A stretch of 64,000 nucleotides of DNA. It comes from Octopus vulgaris. Taxonomy: Eukaryota. The stretch spans positions 118,048,001-118,112,000 of the forward strand of contig OX597823.1 of assembly GCA_951406725.2 (NCBI GenBank). Direction: 5' to 3'. The notes under the pieces were generated by a model. The model did not search any database, had not been told where the DNA came from, and saw only the letters and a program-made list of their open reading frames with translations. Position numbers and translations under genes: made by a program. Shown one piece after another: positions 50,481-64,000 of this stretch; positions within the stretch are counted from its first letter, which is position 1, and the number at the start of each line of letters is the position of its first letter.

Positions 50481-51229
50481 ATATTAAAAGAAACACCTCT
50501 CTTATTTATTCTATTTTCTCTCCTCCCCCTCCTTATTTTCTCTCTTTCTGTCTGTTCTCTTTCCTCTTCCTTTCTCTCAACATTTTCCCTCTCCGTTTAC
50601 AAGTAGCGACGAGTTGAACTAAGTGTCAATTGATTGACACATATTCCTTTTTATTTATTTATCTATCTATCGTATTTGTCGTTTTTATCTCGCCATCTTT
50701 TCTCTTTGTATGTATCAGTGTAAACAATTTTTTTTTCCAACATTCAACGCATAAAACTAATTGTAATTGACTCCCCTCTATCTCTCATACTCTATCACTT
50801 TTACAACACATTTCTCTCCAGCTCTCTTTCATTCTCCCACTTTTACTCTCTCTTTAAATTTTTCTCGCGTCGCTCCACTCTCACTCATTTTACCAGTATT
50901 TTCTTTTACATTTATATATCCCCCTCGCTAACATTTTCTTCACTATCTTTTTTCTCTTTCTCTCTAACCTACTCTTTCACTTCTTTCTTTTCTCCACTTT
51001 TTTTTTTTTTTGCCTATCACTTCCTACTAACTTCTATCACAATCTTTTTGCTTTTGAAATGGCTTATTCTTCTCTTATTCCTTTTCGTTTCTCGTCTTTT
51101 ATATTTATATGTCATTAATGCTTCTTAATCTCACACTTTCTCTCAATCCCGCTCATTTGATATTTCTTCCTTATTTTCAATGTCTATTTTTCTATTTCTT
51201 CATAGCCTTCGCTCTTTACTTTCCTTCTT

Positions 51230-52209
51230 CTCTGTTTTCAACTTCGTTGTAGGAAGGAAAATCTAAACTTTTTTTTGTCATTTTGTCTATTTTCGTTCAC
51301 TTTCTTCTTCACATCCAGATGACAGCAGCAATAATGAATTAAACAAATAATTGCTTCTAATAAATGTAGACCTAATTCTTCAGCTTTTGCCTCCATACGC
51401 ATGCACTTACAATGCTCACAGCAATTATCTGCATTAATGAACACTTTATCAATAAAGACATCCTTGTTTTGAAAATAAAAACAAAACCCTTATTATTATC
51501 ATCATTAACAATTATCAGCAGCAGCAGCATCACAATCATAGTTTTGTCTTCTACTAAACTAATACTGCTGCAAGTTAATTAGAGACTTCTGCCCGCTCCA
51601 TTGCATCGCATTCTTTCATATTTACTTGTCATATTAGGATCTGCAATTATTTCTTTTGATTTTTATCCTTCGCTATTCCTTACAGTTTCACCAAAACTCA
51701 ATCAAACAACAGATTGTCATTGCACTGAGCAGTAGTAATAGTAGTGGTGGTGGTGGTGATAGTAGTATTAGTAATAGTAGTGTTGCGTGGTGGGAAGAGG
51801 AGGAGGAGAATCGGAGAAGGAAAACCAGGAGACGGGACTGACTCTTCTCCCGTCATTGTACGTCTGGCGGTCGTACTGCAGCTCAGAATCGGGGGGAAAA
51901 GTGTTACGGCAACCAATACTAACAACAACACCATCACTACTACTACTACTACTACTATTATCATCATCACTATCAACAACACTAACAAAACAGCAGCATT
52001 GATAATAATACCATTAAGTGTACTACCACCGCCACCGCCACCACCTCCACTCCAACTTGTACCAATAATCCATCCGTCGCCTCCTCCGCCACGAGGGACC
52101 GTCGTCGTATTGTTGCGGCCAGGCGTCTACGTTGCTCACTGCAACATCTCCACCGGGTTTGCTGCTTCTACTGCTGCTACTCATAGTAGTAGTGGCACTA
52201 CTACAGCTG
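51230..52209 (+). other. Candidate promoter-proximal, probably non-coding first exon
   Basis: Mostly TE-free, CpG-retaining, trinucleotide-rich segment after a long pyrimidine-rich tract, ending at G|GTATGT (52209/52210). Start is approximate. Confidence 0.35.
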
Positions 52210-52384
52210 GTATGTACATACATATGTATATATATACACACATATATATATACATATATATATTTCCATGTATATGTTTTGTGTGTGGACAGTTTCCCTA
52301 AATTGTCAGATGAATGGTAACATAACTGGTGTGGATATTGCATCGTGATGTTTTGTTTATTGTGTGACACAGCGAGAAAGAAAG

Positions 52385-52451
<67 letters not shown>

Positions 52452-53544
52452 CTAAAGCTAGTATAGGAAATGTATGACAACAAAAAAGAAAAATAATCGT
52501 GAAAGGAAAAAGAAAGGAGATGTGTGTTAAGAGAGACATCGAGAAGGAAATACAAAATAGATTATTGTATGTTGTTGTGATAATAGGAAGTATTGAGACG
52601 GAAAATGAGAATGACAGAGACGAAGTGAAATAGGTGGATGCAGAGGGAAAGGAATGGACAATTTCTGTCGATTTCTTATTATTTGTAATCGTGTCTGTAA
52701 CTGAAGGACAGCGGACAGAATGTTTGTGTTTGTGAAAGAAAATACGGTTAATAAGTGGATAATGGAAAAGAAAGATATATCAATGTATATGTAATGGATT
52801 TTCATAATCAAACGAAACGATAGACAGAAAATTGACAAAGTGTTTAATAATAAGAGATTTGAAATTTGTTGTTGTTCTTCTTCCTCCCGACCATAAATTA
52901 TGTCGCAGTATCACTTGACAACAAAGCAAGGAGGGCAATGGTTTGTTTGGATTTGTCAAATATGTCGACGCTAAAGCCTCAATTTCGTCATTATTCAATC
53001 TACTCTTTATTATTATTATTATTTATTATTGTTGCTAATCTCGATGTTTGTTGATCTTTCATTTTGTTGTCTTACCTTGTTTTCGAGTGTTTCTCACCCA
53101 AAACAACAACTAACACCACTTGCTCTGTTCGACTTAATGCCATCACAAGAATCCTTCATTTCCCCTGTCTTTGCTGCTCTTCTTATCCTTGTTTAAGCTT
53201 TTAATCCTAGCTCAGTCCTGACTGAGCAAACCTATTATTATTAAAGGGCGTTCCTTCTATAAATATTTCATCTTTTCATATATTCAACACTGCATATTCA
53301 AATGTATGTTTTCGATGGTTGGGGCTGACTGGAAGGAGAATTGGCTATTATTTCCAGCAAGATAAACGATGGTATGATGGCTCGTTGTTGATGGTGTTGT
53401 TACCACAAATTGGCATCACTGCATTCAGTGCTAGCTGTTCTTCAAAACAGAGGTGCTTACCCGAAACTCTATACCTTATATATAAAAAAACAGCCAGTTC
53501 AATTATGGTGGCATTTTTTTGCATTGCAGTATTAGCAATGTGTG

Positions 53545-53678
<134 letters not shown>

Positions 53679-54236
53679 GGCGAAAATATCAAAGATATTT
53701 ATTGAAAGGTTATTTTATTGTGTAGCGTTGATATAGATATGTAGCAACTGAAAAACAGCTTCAAACATATTATCTACTGCATTGTATGCATGTATATAAA
53801 CAACTGTGTGTATGTTTCGTTGTAAACATGTATATTTACGACAGGAAATGCCTTAATTTATTATACATATGGTGTCTATTGTGTATGTTTCATGTGTTGG
53901 TTGGTGTATACACACACGTACATGCTCAAACATTTATATAAAGAGAGAGAGAGACTGTAATATGAAAATTTGTATCCAGGCATATAGTGGGTGTGTATGC
54001 ACGTAAACTACACACACACATGCACGTATGTGTGTGTGTGTATGTATGTTTATGTGTGTATATATACATACAGAGACTTTGAACAGACTTCGTGTATGTC
54101 TGGATGTGTGTCTGTTGTACGTTAAATGTACGTACAAAAGATGGAAGCGTGCCATTGTTTGACTTGTGAAAACTAAGCATAAACATGCATTTATATATAT
54201 AATATCATGGCACATCTACACAAGTGTGTGCATACG

Positions 54237-54299
<63 letters not shown>

Positions 54300-54481
54300 G
54301 CCTACATTTGTGTAGGTATGCCGTCGAATACAACGCCGTGGCATATCTAACGCAAGTGTGCCACCCCAGCTGAGTTCCCTCATAACGGAGAGAAAAATGG
54401 ATTTGTTTTTCAAATTCATGACTCCATCGTTTGTACATGTAATGTACACTATATATTCACACATGCAAACATATCAATGTT

Positions 54482-54796
<315 letters not shown>

Positions 54797-55579
54797 TGTG
54801 TGTATATATATATATACACACACACACACAAATACGCGCGTATAGACGGATTTTGTTTACTACGTGTATAATTAATATGTGTACATATACTGTATGTTTA
54901 TGTGAATATATCCTGTGCTCTAAAAGATTAAACCAGTTCAATTTGTACATATAAATATTTTGTTTTGAATGTTGAATCTCGAAGCAGAAAAAGCTGTGAA
55001 AACGTGTAAATATTTGGTTGGTTAAAAAGCATTTGGATAGAAAACGTACCCGTACCTATAATATATATATATGGCTAAATATCTATCTATACATGTTGAG
55101 ATTTATTATATTCAAATCAACGTGCATGCATGTGGGTGCTAAATTTAGAAAGTGGCGACATCAATAAAAAAAAACTAGCGTTATTAAAATATGTTGTATG
55201 AAGATCTTATGTGCCACTTCCTTTGTTTTCGTGTCTACATTTACACAAGATACGTGTTGTGCAGTCAGCTACGGAAACATTCTTTCACATACACAAACAC
55301 AGATGTGTGTGTTTCGATTAATTCCAAGTCATCCCAACTAGGGCCAGCCACTGACACTTGGTATTCTAACAATGACCACCACGTTTTATTTTCTATATCT
55401 TATGGTATTGCGTGCGTAATGTGTGTTGTTTGAACTAGAGTTAGCTTCTGTCTCTTGCATACTGAGTGACCACATATATACAGGCTACACCGTGAGCACA
55501 TTGTGTGTGTGTGGTACATGCATATACACATGTGTGTGTGGTACATAATACATACATACATACTACATACATGTGTTTG

Positions 55580-55765
55580 AGTGTTCTTTTGTTTCAGTCA
55601 TTGATTACGGCCATGTTAGAGCATCGCCCTGAGGGGTTTAGTCGAATAAAGCATGGTACTAAATCTGTCGAAACTTGTGCCGAACCACTAGGCTATGAAA
55701 GCGTAAACAAGCCAACCCCGATAGTCATACTGTGGTGGTGGGACAAACACACATACACACACTGA
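55580..55765 (-). mobile_element. SINE family A, 3' part, decayed
   Basis: ttgtttcagtcattgattacggccatgttagagcatcgcc...gccgaaccacta...ggacaaacac. Confidence 0.65.
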
Positions 55766-57115
55766 CACGTTGATAAGTGCAGTGCACGAAACTCTCGCCC
55801 TTGGGTCACTCTAACTTCTGCCACTTAATAAAAAATATATATACTCTTGTTTTGAGTTCTAATATCCTCTTTGTGTCATAAAACCTGTGTGTGTGCCTGC
55901 GATTAAATTTTAGAGAAGTGAGAGATAAAATATTTATTCCATATGTTTATGGCTGTTTCATAATCTGTATCTGGTTAAACCACTGATGCTAAAGCATCCT
56001 GCAGGCATATGGATACACACACATATATATAGTTGTGTTATTTCATAATGAATATAATTTCTCATTAGTGCATTTTATGAGTAGTAAATATATGGCTCTG
56101 CTGAATTAAGCTGTCTTCTCTTAATATAGTAGTTAAGTTGATATATATTTAAACCCTTAGCCTTCAGATTACTTTGTCAAATATACTGCTTATTTATTCA
56201 CATTGTTTTGAATTAATCATGTTGAAATTTTGATGATGTAATGGTTTTTTTTTAAAGTGACATTGTTAGGTATCTGTGACAGGTTGGATTCGGATGGTTT
56301 GAACATATAACATGTAAGTTATTTGGGCCATATATGGTTGGTTTAAGTGTTGCACCCCATTTAGATGCCAGAATGCCCATTTTTGGAACATATTGAAACA
56401 GAAATGCATAATTAGAAGCAAATAAGATAGAATAAAGTAATTAATCAACTACTTTTTTTTTTACCAAAAATTGGACATAGAGTGCCACAAAAAAATAGTG
56501 GAGGTGGAGGAATACCAAATGGAGTTCATGTATGTTAATCAATCAAACAAAACGGTGAAGACAAAATGGTTTTATGGTTATGGATCACCAGGTGAACATG
56601 TCCTGAAACTCACAGGAGACAAGAGAGTTGTTAGAGTTTTCGTGCTTGGCTGGGCTCAAAGCCCTGGTTGCATTCCTGCATGTACATGCATGCACCCTCA
56701 AATATTCACACAGACATACATCGTATGTGTATGCTCTACACACACATAGACATATTTTCTATAAGCAATATACATATATATGCTTAAACAACCTTAAACT
56801 CCTTTTTCCTGTTTTATATATATTTATATATTACTGATACAAAATACTTAATATATGTTGTTTAAACACCAGAAGCTGTGATTTTCCATCCAGCAAAAAT
56901 CCCTTTAAAAACATATAACATGTTAAAAAACAATGCATTTCAGAGCTAAGTGAAATGAAATCATCCCAGAAGTGATCACAAGAGTGACAGATACCTATTT
57001 CACGGTAGTTGTAGCTTACCAATGTCACATCGTGAGTAGTATAGGAATATATAAATACATTTAAATTTACAGTGACTGCATTTCATTTCTCACTAATATT
57101 ACCTTTCATTTCTGA

Positions 57116-57506
57116 CTAGCAGTATCGCCCGGCGTTGCTCGGGTTTGTTTCGACCCTTTAGAATTGGAATTTTTGAAAAGTAAAAATTTTGCATTATATA
57201 GCTTGTTATTCTCTTTAAGAGAACATTTTTCTGGTTGAAATACACCGAAAAATGGCGACACAGTGGTAAAAAAATCGTAAAAAATAGGGATTTTCATAGA
57301 AAAAAAAAGCACCTTTTTGATGTAAATAATTTTTGGTGTTAACATGGTCCGATTTGAATTTTTTCTTCTACGAAAGGAAGAGCAAGCCTTCTATCATGCT
57401 CTCAATTTTGGTCAACTTGCGCCGCAGGGTCTCAGAGGAGATAGTGTTTGTTGAAGGCTGCCAAACCTGCCACACACAGACAACTTCAGCTTTATATAGA
57501 GAGAGA
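57116..57506 (-). mobile_element. Non-autonomous Helitron family H1, full length
   Basis: Reverse strand reads A|TC...cccgagcaacgccgggcgatactgCTAG|T. Confidence 0.9.
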
Positions 57507-58299
57507 TTTATCTATACTTACATAATCAAATGACGACTGGTTACTCTTAGAAACTTCAGCTATCATGTCATTATCTTACTTTGAAATATTTTCATTTTAC
57601 ACTTCATATTTTCATTTTCTGTCTCTTGTATTAATAGCTGTTTCTGTTTGCTTTAATTATTATATATATTTCTTATATATTTTTTTTTTTTTTTCATTAT
57701 GTAAGAGAGGCAGGTGCTAAGCACAGTGTACTCAAGCTGGCCCATGTATATGATGGCTAGCAGATCTGATATTCTTGATCTCATCGGTAGACCTGAGATT
57801 TCTTCACTATATTGTCATACTGGAAGTATGTGTTTCATACAATGTTGGTCTATAGTTTGTGAATGTCTGAGAGTGTAAGACCAAAGCAGTGGAGCTTGGT
57901 TAAGAAGAGGAAAAGGAGGAGGATGAAGAAGAAGCAGAGAGAGAGAGAGAAAGTAAATTAGATGGAATGCAGTTGATTAAGATGTTAACATCTGGAAGAG
58001 TGGACATAAGTATAGAGGGAAACTGCATCCTAAGTATCTAAGTATGGTGGTGGGGGTGTGATTTCTTTGAGTCTTTTAGGGAGCTTGTTGGACCTATCAA
58101 TGTGTCCAGGAATTGTGTATAGTAAGAGCTTAAGGAGTTTAGATGAAAGCCAGAGACTATATGTTTGTTATTTAGTTTGTGAAATTTAGTCTAATCTCAT
58201 TAGAGAGCTTTTGTTAATAAAATTATGTATTGTTGAGATGAGGAATTTATATTATGTATATTGTTTATATTAGTCAGGCTTAGTTTAGTAGATAAAGTC

Positions 58300-58570
58300 A
58301 TTGGTTAATGCAGTGCAGTCACCTAACGATTCTGTGTTCAATAGGCAAGGTGCTAGAATAATTCGCATAATTCAACTGAAACAAAAGTCATTAAACACAG
58401 AGTGGAATGAGACCAATGTACCCCTGTAGATCAAATAAAGGGTTAGGTTCGAAATTCCAATATAACAACTGAGTTCAACACAAAACACCTGAAAAAAGCT
58501 GGAACATACAAAAACCGAAACGTAGTGAAAGTAACAATCAAAATAAGTACTCCAGTCCGACTTATATAAA
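58300..58570 (+). mobile_element. Decayed short element with a degenerate hammerhead motif at 58486-58527
   Basis: cac-CTGAAAA-aagctgg...c-GAAAC-GTA-gtg: stem I cac/gtg, but G8 is lost. Confidence 0.4.
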
Positions 58571-59289
58571 CAGTATACATAACTTTCTGTTACTTAAATA
58601 TTTGTCCATCTGGCATTTATAGTGGCCTCAAGCTGACTAGGTGTGATGTGGACTTTTCCATGTAGTGTGGTGTCACTAAGATGTTGGTGCTAATTTGTCA
58701 TATGTAGTTTTATCAATGAAATGCTAATTTATCGTATGTAGTCTTATTAGTTCCTCTTGTCTGAGGTTCTTAGATTGTAGATTCTGTATGGTATGGATTT
58801 GGGATCTAAAAGGTTTGTGGATCGGGGTGAGCGAGGTGGAGTTATCTAAGATGTTAAATATTGAAAGTTTAAGTCTTACTAGTTTAGCTTTATGTAGATG
58901 AGGGTGAAGCAGCTTGTCAAGGTGATAGGTTGGAAGTCTAAAAGTGGAAGAAGGAAAAAGAGGAGGAGGAGGAGAAGTAGAAAGAGAGGAGGACAAGGGA
59001 GGGGATGGGCTGGAGGTAAGAGATGCTTTAGAGCCAATACTCATTATAATGGATAAACTATCCTGTATAGTCTAAGCTTATCAATAAGATGTATGAATAT
59101 AAACTTAGGTCCTCAACTTAGAAGCGTAGATGAAGGTGATTTTCATAGGAGAAACTATTGTGGTATCATTGGTTAATCATGTTGTGTAAATGTGCTAGTG
59201 GAGTGTCTGATTGTTGCTTGAGTTTTGATTTTAGGCCCGAGATTGATAATGTGTATTGAAATGGTCATATATGAAGGTGTCATAGGAGT

Positions 59290-59820
59290 TTATTTGGAGA
59301 AAATGGTTACAAAGATGGAAATCTCCTCCCGGAAATCAAGAGAATAGTAGTACTTCGTTGGGTGGCCTTTGAGAAGGTGGAAAGCCTCATGAGAAGTTTC
59401 AAGGTTTCCATGAAAGTTAGAAGAAAGATCTGCAATGAGTACATTCTACCATCATAAATGCCCTCATCGCAGCCCAACAGAAAATGGAACGACTTGGGCT
59501 CAGCATCACATTGTGAGACAAGAAAACCAACGCCTGGATTTGACAGTACCTGAGAGTCAATGACACCATAAGAGCCATCAAGGAGAACAAATATAGATGG
59601 GCTGGTCACATTGTGCAACTAAAGGACAACAGATGGACAATCAGGGTCACTGAATGGACAAAGAAAATGGACAAGATCAAGAAGCCAATCAAAGACAAAA
59701 TGGCAAGATGATCTCACTTGCAACCTGGGGCCTACATAGCCACGACTGGCCAGAGACAGACAGTGGTAGAAAGAATCCAGGAAGGGGTTCCTCCTTCAGG
59801 AGCGACGAAGCCCTGAACAT
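59290..59820 (+). mobile_element. Decayed RTE-like LINE 3' fragment (further family)
   Basis: GNLLPEIKRI...RWVAFEK...RKICNEYILP and IKENKYRWAGHIVQLKDNRWTIRVTEW. Confidence 0.75.
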
Positions 59821-61324
59821 TGGTTATTGGTATAGGGGTATTATAGTAATGAAATTGTGGGTGAAAATAAAGATTTTGTGTCTTGCTAGGTTAAAGCATT
59901 CTGCTACATGGATATTTCTAATTGTGTTAAGGGCGATGATGTATTTCAACTACACTTGAAATATAAACTTTTAGGAAAGCAATCTGGTGAGATCTTTGCT
60001 TGTTTCTCCATTAGTTTCATTATATTTGATACAGTGAATTCAGTCTAGTCCAGGCATGATGACATTTGTATGGAATTGTTTGGATGAAGCCTCATGTAAT
60101 GTTAAATTAGAGTGAAACTTGTAAAGGCTGAAACAATGCAAAATGAATGAAATACAAAAGCGTAAACAGAACAACAGTTGAGGTTTGACCTTGTATTTCT
60201 TGGATATTTTGGGGTTAGTACCTCTTCATCAGGATACTTAGAGAAATAGGAAATGAAACAAAGCTGTTATCTTTGCTCAGATATGTTGAAGAGTGTAGTA
60301 ACATGCACACACTGGTGTTCTTATAGGAGCCAAACTGCTTCATGTTCTTGTCCATTGTTTAAGGCTGGTTTAAGCTTATCAATTAGGATAGCTTCCTTGG
60401 TTCACATCTCTGTTAGAATTACTTTTGTTTTTGTGTTGCATATTAATTTAGAATTAAAAGACATTTATAAAGTAAAAACGATAATAGAATTTTCTTAAGT
60501 CACAAAATTAAAATTATCAATAAACACAGTTTCAAAAGCTTTGCACATTACAGAAAGCTGAAAACATTCAGCTTTAGACAATAAATATATGCAAATATAA
60601 TTACATAAAACCTTGCTATAAATTAAGTCAAAAAAAGGTGTTTCTGTATATTCAGTTCTCTGGCGAAGCTGGATACCTCTGTTGGTGTGTGTGTTATACA
60701 TTATATGAAAGAAAAAGAAAAACAGGATGGCTATTCTGGCCTACTTTTAGTTCGTAGGTCTGCTCAGTGTTATAAAACAACAATGAAAGCGGTGATGTGG
60801 TGAGATAAATACTGAGGAGAAAACAAGGGATATATCAAAAGAAAGAAAAAGTATGAACATAAGTGAAAAAACGAATAAACGAGGGTTAAGAGTGAGAAAT
60901 TCATAAATATTCAATGAAAAGCCTCTAAACTTAGTAATGATTTCTATGGCAAGAGATATTTTGGCAGTGAGGCTTGTAGACGTGTGGATCACAGTTTGGA
61001 TTTCAAAAATCTTGCTTTAGCCACTGTATGTAATTTTGTATACCTCAGCTTATCAAGTATTAGATTCTACTCCTTGTTGTACTCTTTTTTTCTTTTCTTT
61101 TTAAAGTCATACATTCTAACTCAAATTTTATAGAGATAGGGTTAGCAGGACTTCTAGCTGTAAATACAATGGTAAAGTACAGTAATGTTGAGATTGGTGG
61201 CTTAGACTGCTCAGACATCCAATGAGGTAACCTCAATGCAGTTCTTCAAACTTATAGAAATAGCAGCCAATTTTCCCTCCTATCACATCCTACTATTTTT
61301 GAAGCAGCGGATAATGAGGTACAA

Positions 61325-61872
61325 GATCAAAATCAAATTCAATGACTGGCATCCATGCTAGCGGGGTGCAAAGAGCACCATATGAGTGTGATCGTTTGAC
61401 AGAGCAGCTAACCGGCTTCCGTGCCAGTGGCACATAAAAGGGCACCATTCGAGTGTGATCATTACCAGCGTCGCCTTACTGGCGCTTGTGCCCATGCTAG
61501 TAGGGTGCCAAGAGCGCCATCCAAGCGTGATCGTTGCCAGAGCAGCCAACTGGCTTCTATGCCGGTGGCACGTAAAAGGGCACCATTCGAGCCTGATCGT
61601 TACCAACATCGCCTTACTGGCACCTGTGCCAGTGGCATGTGTAAAAAGATTCGAGTGAGGTCATTGCCAGTACCGCCTGACTGGCCTCCGTGCCGTGGCA
61701 CATAAAAAGCACCCACTACACTCTCGGAGTGGTTGGCGTTAGAAGGGCATCCAGCTGTAGAAACTGACAGGTCAAGATTGGAGCCTGGTGCAGCCATCTG
61801 GTTCGCCAGCCCTCAGTCAAAATCGTCCAACCCATTCTAGCATGGAAAGCGGACATTAAACGATGATGATGA
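61325..61872 (+). mobile_element. RTE-clade LINE 3' UTR fragment
   Basis: Same subfamily as 20035 and 43191; (gat)n tail. Confidence 0.88.
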
Positions 61873-63039
61873 AGATGCAAACTATGTGAAAAAAATATAT
61901 GGAATGGTCATGACTGGAATGCTTCTAATCATAGGTATGCTTATTTAAGGTTCAATGGCTTTATCCCCAAAGCTTCATTCCAGTACCATTGTGGTATCAT
62001 TCATTGCAGTGTAAGCTGTGACTGTCCTACAAAACTAAAGTAGGATTTGTGTTAGTTTTAAGTGTTGACTTAAATAATTGGAAAAGTTACTTGCAATTGA
62101 ATATCAAAGGAATGTATTATTCACTAACATCATGAAAACTGAAAACAAGTACCACTACCCAAATGAACTACACAAGCATGGGAAGCAACAGAAATATGTA
62201 CAGACATGCATAAATATACAAGACTTTTTTTAGTTGTGTGGTTAGTGGTAGGGCATTTTGTAAAAAAATGCAAAGCTTTTCTAAAATTTAAAATGTAGCT
62301 CTTCACTGTTGTTATTTAAATTCCAGTAATACAGCATTGTTTCTTTGAAACTAAATTCTTCTCTAAAGGCAGAATTCAAATAAACGAAAAAAGGAAGCTA
62401 ACACACTCATATTCACACACATGCATACATAGAGATATGTGTATATATATATATGTGTGTGTATGTATATGCATGTGCACATAGGCCCACACACACATGA
62501 AGCCAGTGACAGAGACTATGTGGCCACTTGACTAGTTAGAAATAGCAGCTAAATTTTCCTCAAATTGTGCCCTACCTTAAGGGAAAATACTGGATTCTGT
62601 TTTATATTTACAAAATGATGGGATGGTCATATCTGAATCCTTGATCATAAATCTGCTCAGTTCAAGTTTATGTATATGTGTGTATTTGTGCATATATAAA
62701 CAATGGTGTCAGTTCAAAGACAAGTGTATAGTGATGACTGAATGTTAATTATCCCTCTTTAATGAATTTATTATTCAAACTATATATGAATAGAAATATT
62801 TACTCTTTTAAATGATGTAAATTTGAATACAAGAATTTTAAATTAGCCTAATGCAATTGTTGTCAGTGTTAATAATGCCATAATAATGAATGCCTTTTTA
62901 TTTAAGAACATTTAAAGCATATCTTTTTCTCAATAAATTGGAACACAAGCATAAAAGATCAAAAGAATAAAATTTTATGGTACTAATACTTGATTGAATA
63001 CTTGAAATTCTCAACACAGAATCTTATATACAAAAAATT

Positions 63040-63510
63040 GAATTATTCGAAGCATTAATATTTTTCCCCCTTTTTTTTTCGTGATACAAATTATGCAATG
63101 CATTCATTTTCCTGGATTTCTTCAGTTGAGTTATCATGTCAATCCGTTTTGCATAAGTTTTCTATTAGATTTAAGGCGAAAGATTGTACTGACCACTGCA
63201 ACAGTTGGATTTCCTTGCTTTTGATAAATTCTTCGATTTTCTGTGATATGCTTCAAGTTGAACTAATCCAAATGACTCTTGACATGTATGGAAGTAAAGT
63301 CTTTTCTGAGATTTTCAGATAGGCTGTGCTAACCATGATGCCCTTGATCTGATGTATGTGACTGATCCTCTTTTCCAAACATGCAGCTTCAATTCATGAC
63401 ATTGTTACTTCCATGTTTATCTCTGAAACTGATGCCTTCTGGATAAAACTCTTCCTGTATGATATCAGATCATCAGAGCTGAATAAATTTCAACTTTGTC
63501 TGACTAATTA
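63040..63510 (-). mobile_element. Tc1-like transposase remnant
   Basis: Minus strand reads NLFSSD, KHGSNNVMN*SCM (KHGGGSVMVWGCM-like) and KIEEFIKSKEIQLLQWSVQSFALNLIENLC (WPxQSPDLNPIENLW-like). Confidence 0.75.
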
Positions 63511-63817
63511 TCAAAGGCGGTGAATTGGAAATCATGAAAGACAGATGACAAGGCACAGCATGCAGTCTGCTAGTGCAAAGATGACTAAACTGTTTAAAGG
63601 AGTATAAATCCCAACAAGTTTTCCATAGATCATGATCTTCCATCTGTACAAAAAGGACACTGAAAATTAAAACAAAGAACACATTCTTTTTAGACACTAA
63701 CAAAATGAAAAATCAGGAAGGGAGTTAATTTGTTACTGGAGAACTAAATTAACTGGAAATTGGTGAATGGTTTACAGCAGTAAACTACTGGCAGTTTTTT
63801 TTTCCAGTGTGCCAGGT

Positions 63818-64000
63818 ACTCTTTTACTTGTTTCAGCCATTTGACTGCAGCCATGCTCGAGCACCACCTTTAGTTGAGCAAATCGACCCCAGGATTTATT
63901 CTTTGTACTTATTCTATCAGTCTTTTTTGCCAAACTGCTAACTTACTGGGACATAAATACACCAGCATCAGTTGTCAAGCGATGTTGGGGGGACAAACAC
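63818..64000 (-). mobile_element. SINE family A, cut by the window end
   Basis: actcttttacttgtttcagccatttgactgcagccatgc..., as at 8573 and 37068. Confidence 0.9.

Noticed and set aside
56471-56749. 92-aa ORF of ordinary composition
   Set aside because: No recognisable motif, a non-ATG start and no convincing splice boundaries.
57700-59280. Possible decayed LINE on the minus strand
   Set aside because: The composition is suggestive, but no motif could be translated with confidence.

Overview
AT-rich, microsatellite-dense eukaryotic DNA with no intact multi-exon gene, rRNA, real tRNA or CRISPR array. The SINE/LINE repertoire and simple-repeat load resemble an octopus (coleoid cephalopod) genome; this is inference from recalled repeat families, not a search result. 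Almost all ORFs in the supplied track are microsatellite translations or antisense readings of repeats. Recognisable content: three tRNA-derived SINE families, many RTE-clade LINE 3' fragments, decayed R4/Dong-like and Copia-like elements, an internally deleted Gypsy LTR element with a GTTT target-site duplication (TSD), non-autonomous Helitrons (one keeps a Pif1-helicase tail), two Tc1/mariner remnants and several MITE/foldback elements. Candidate host exons lie at about 22.8-23.0 kb and 51.2-52.2 kb. The most interesting signal is a set of unrelated, often palindromic short elements carrying minimal type I hammerhead-ribozyme architectures like those of Penelope-like elements, including a family with a compensatory G3:C8 core swap. 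Also notable are three locally templated insertions, a 5'-inverted RTE LINE and a CpG-decay mosaic. Coordinates of decayed repeats are approximate.
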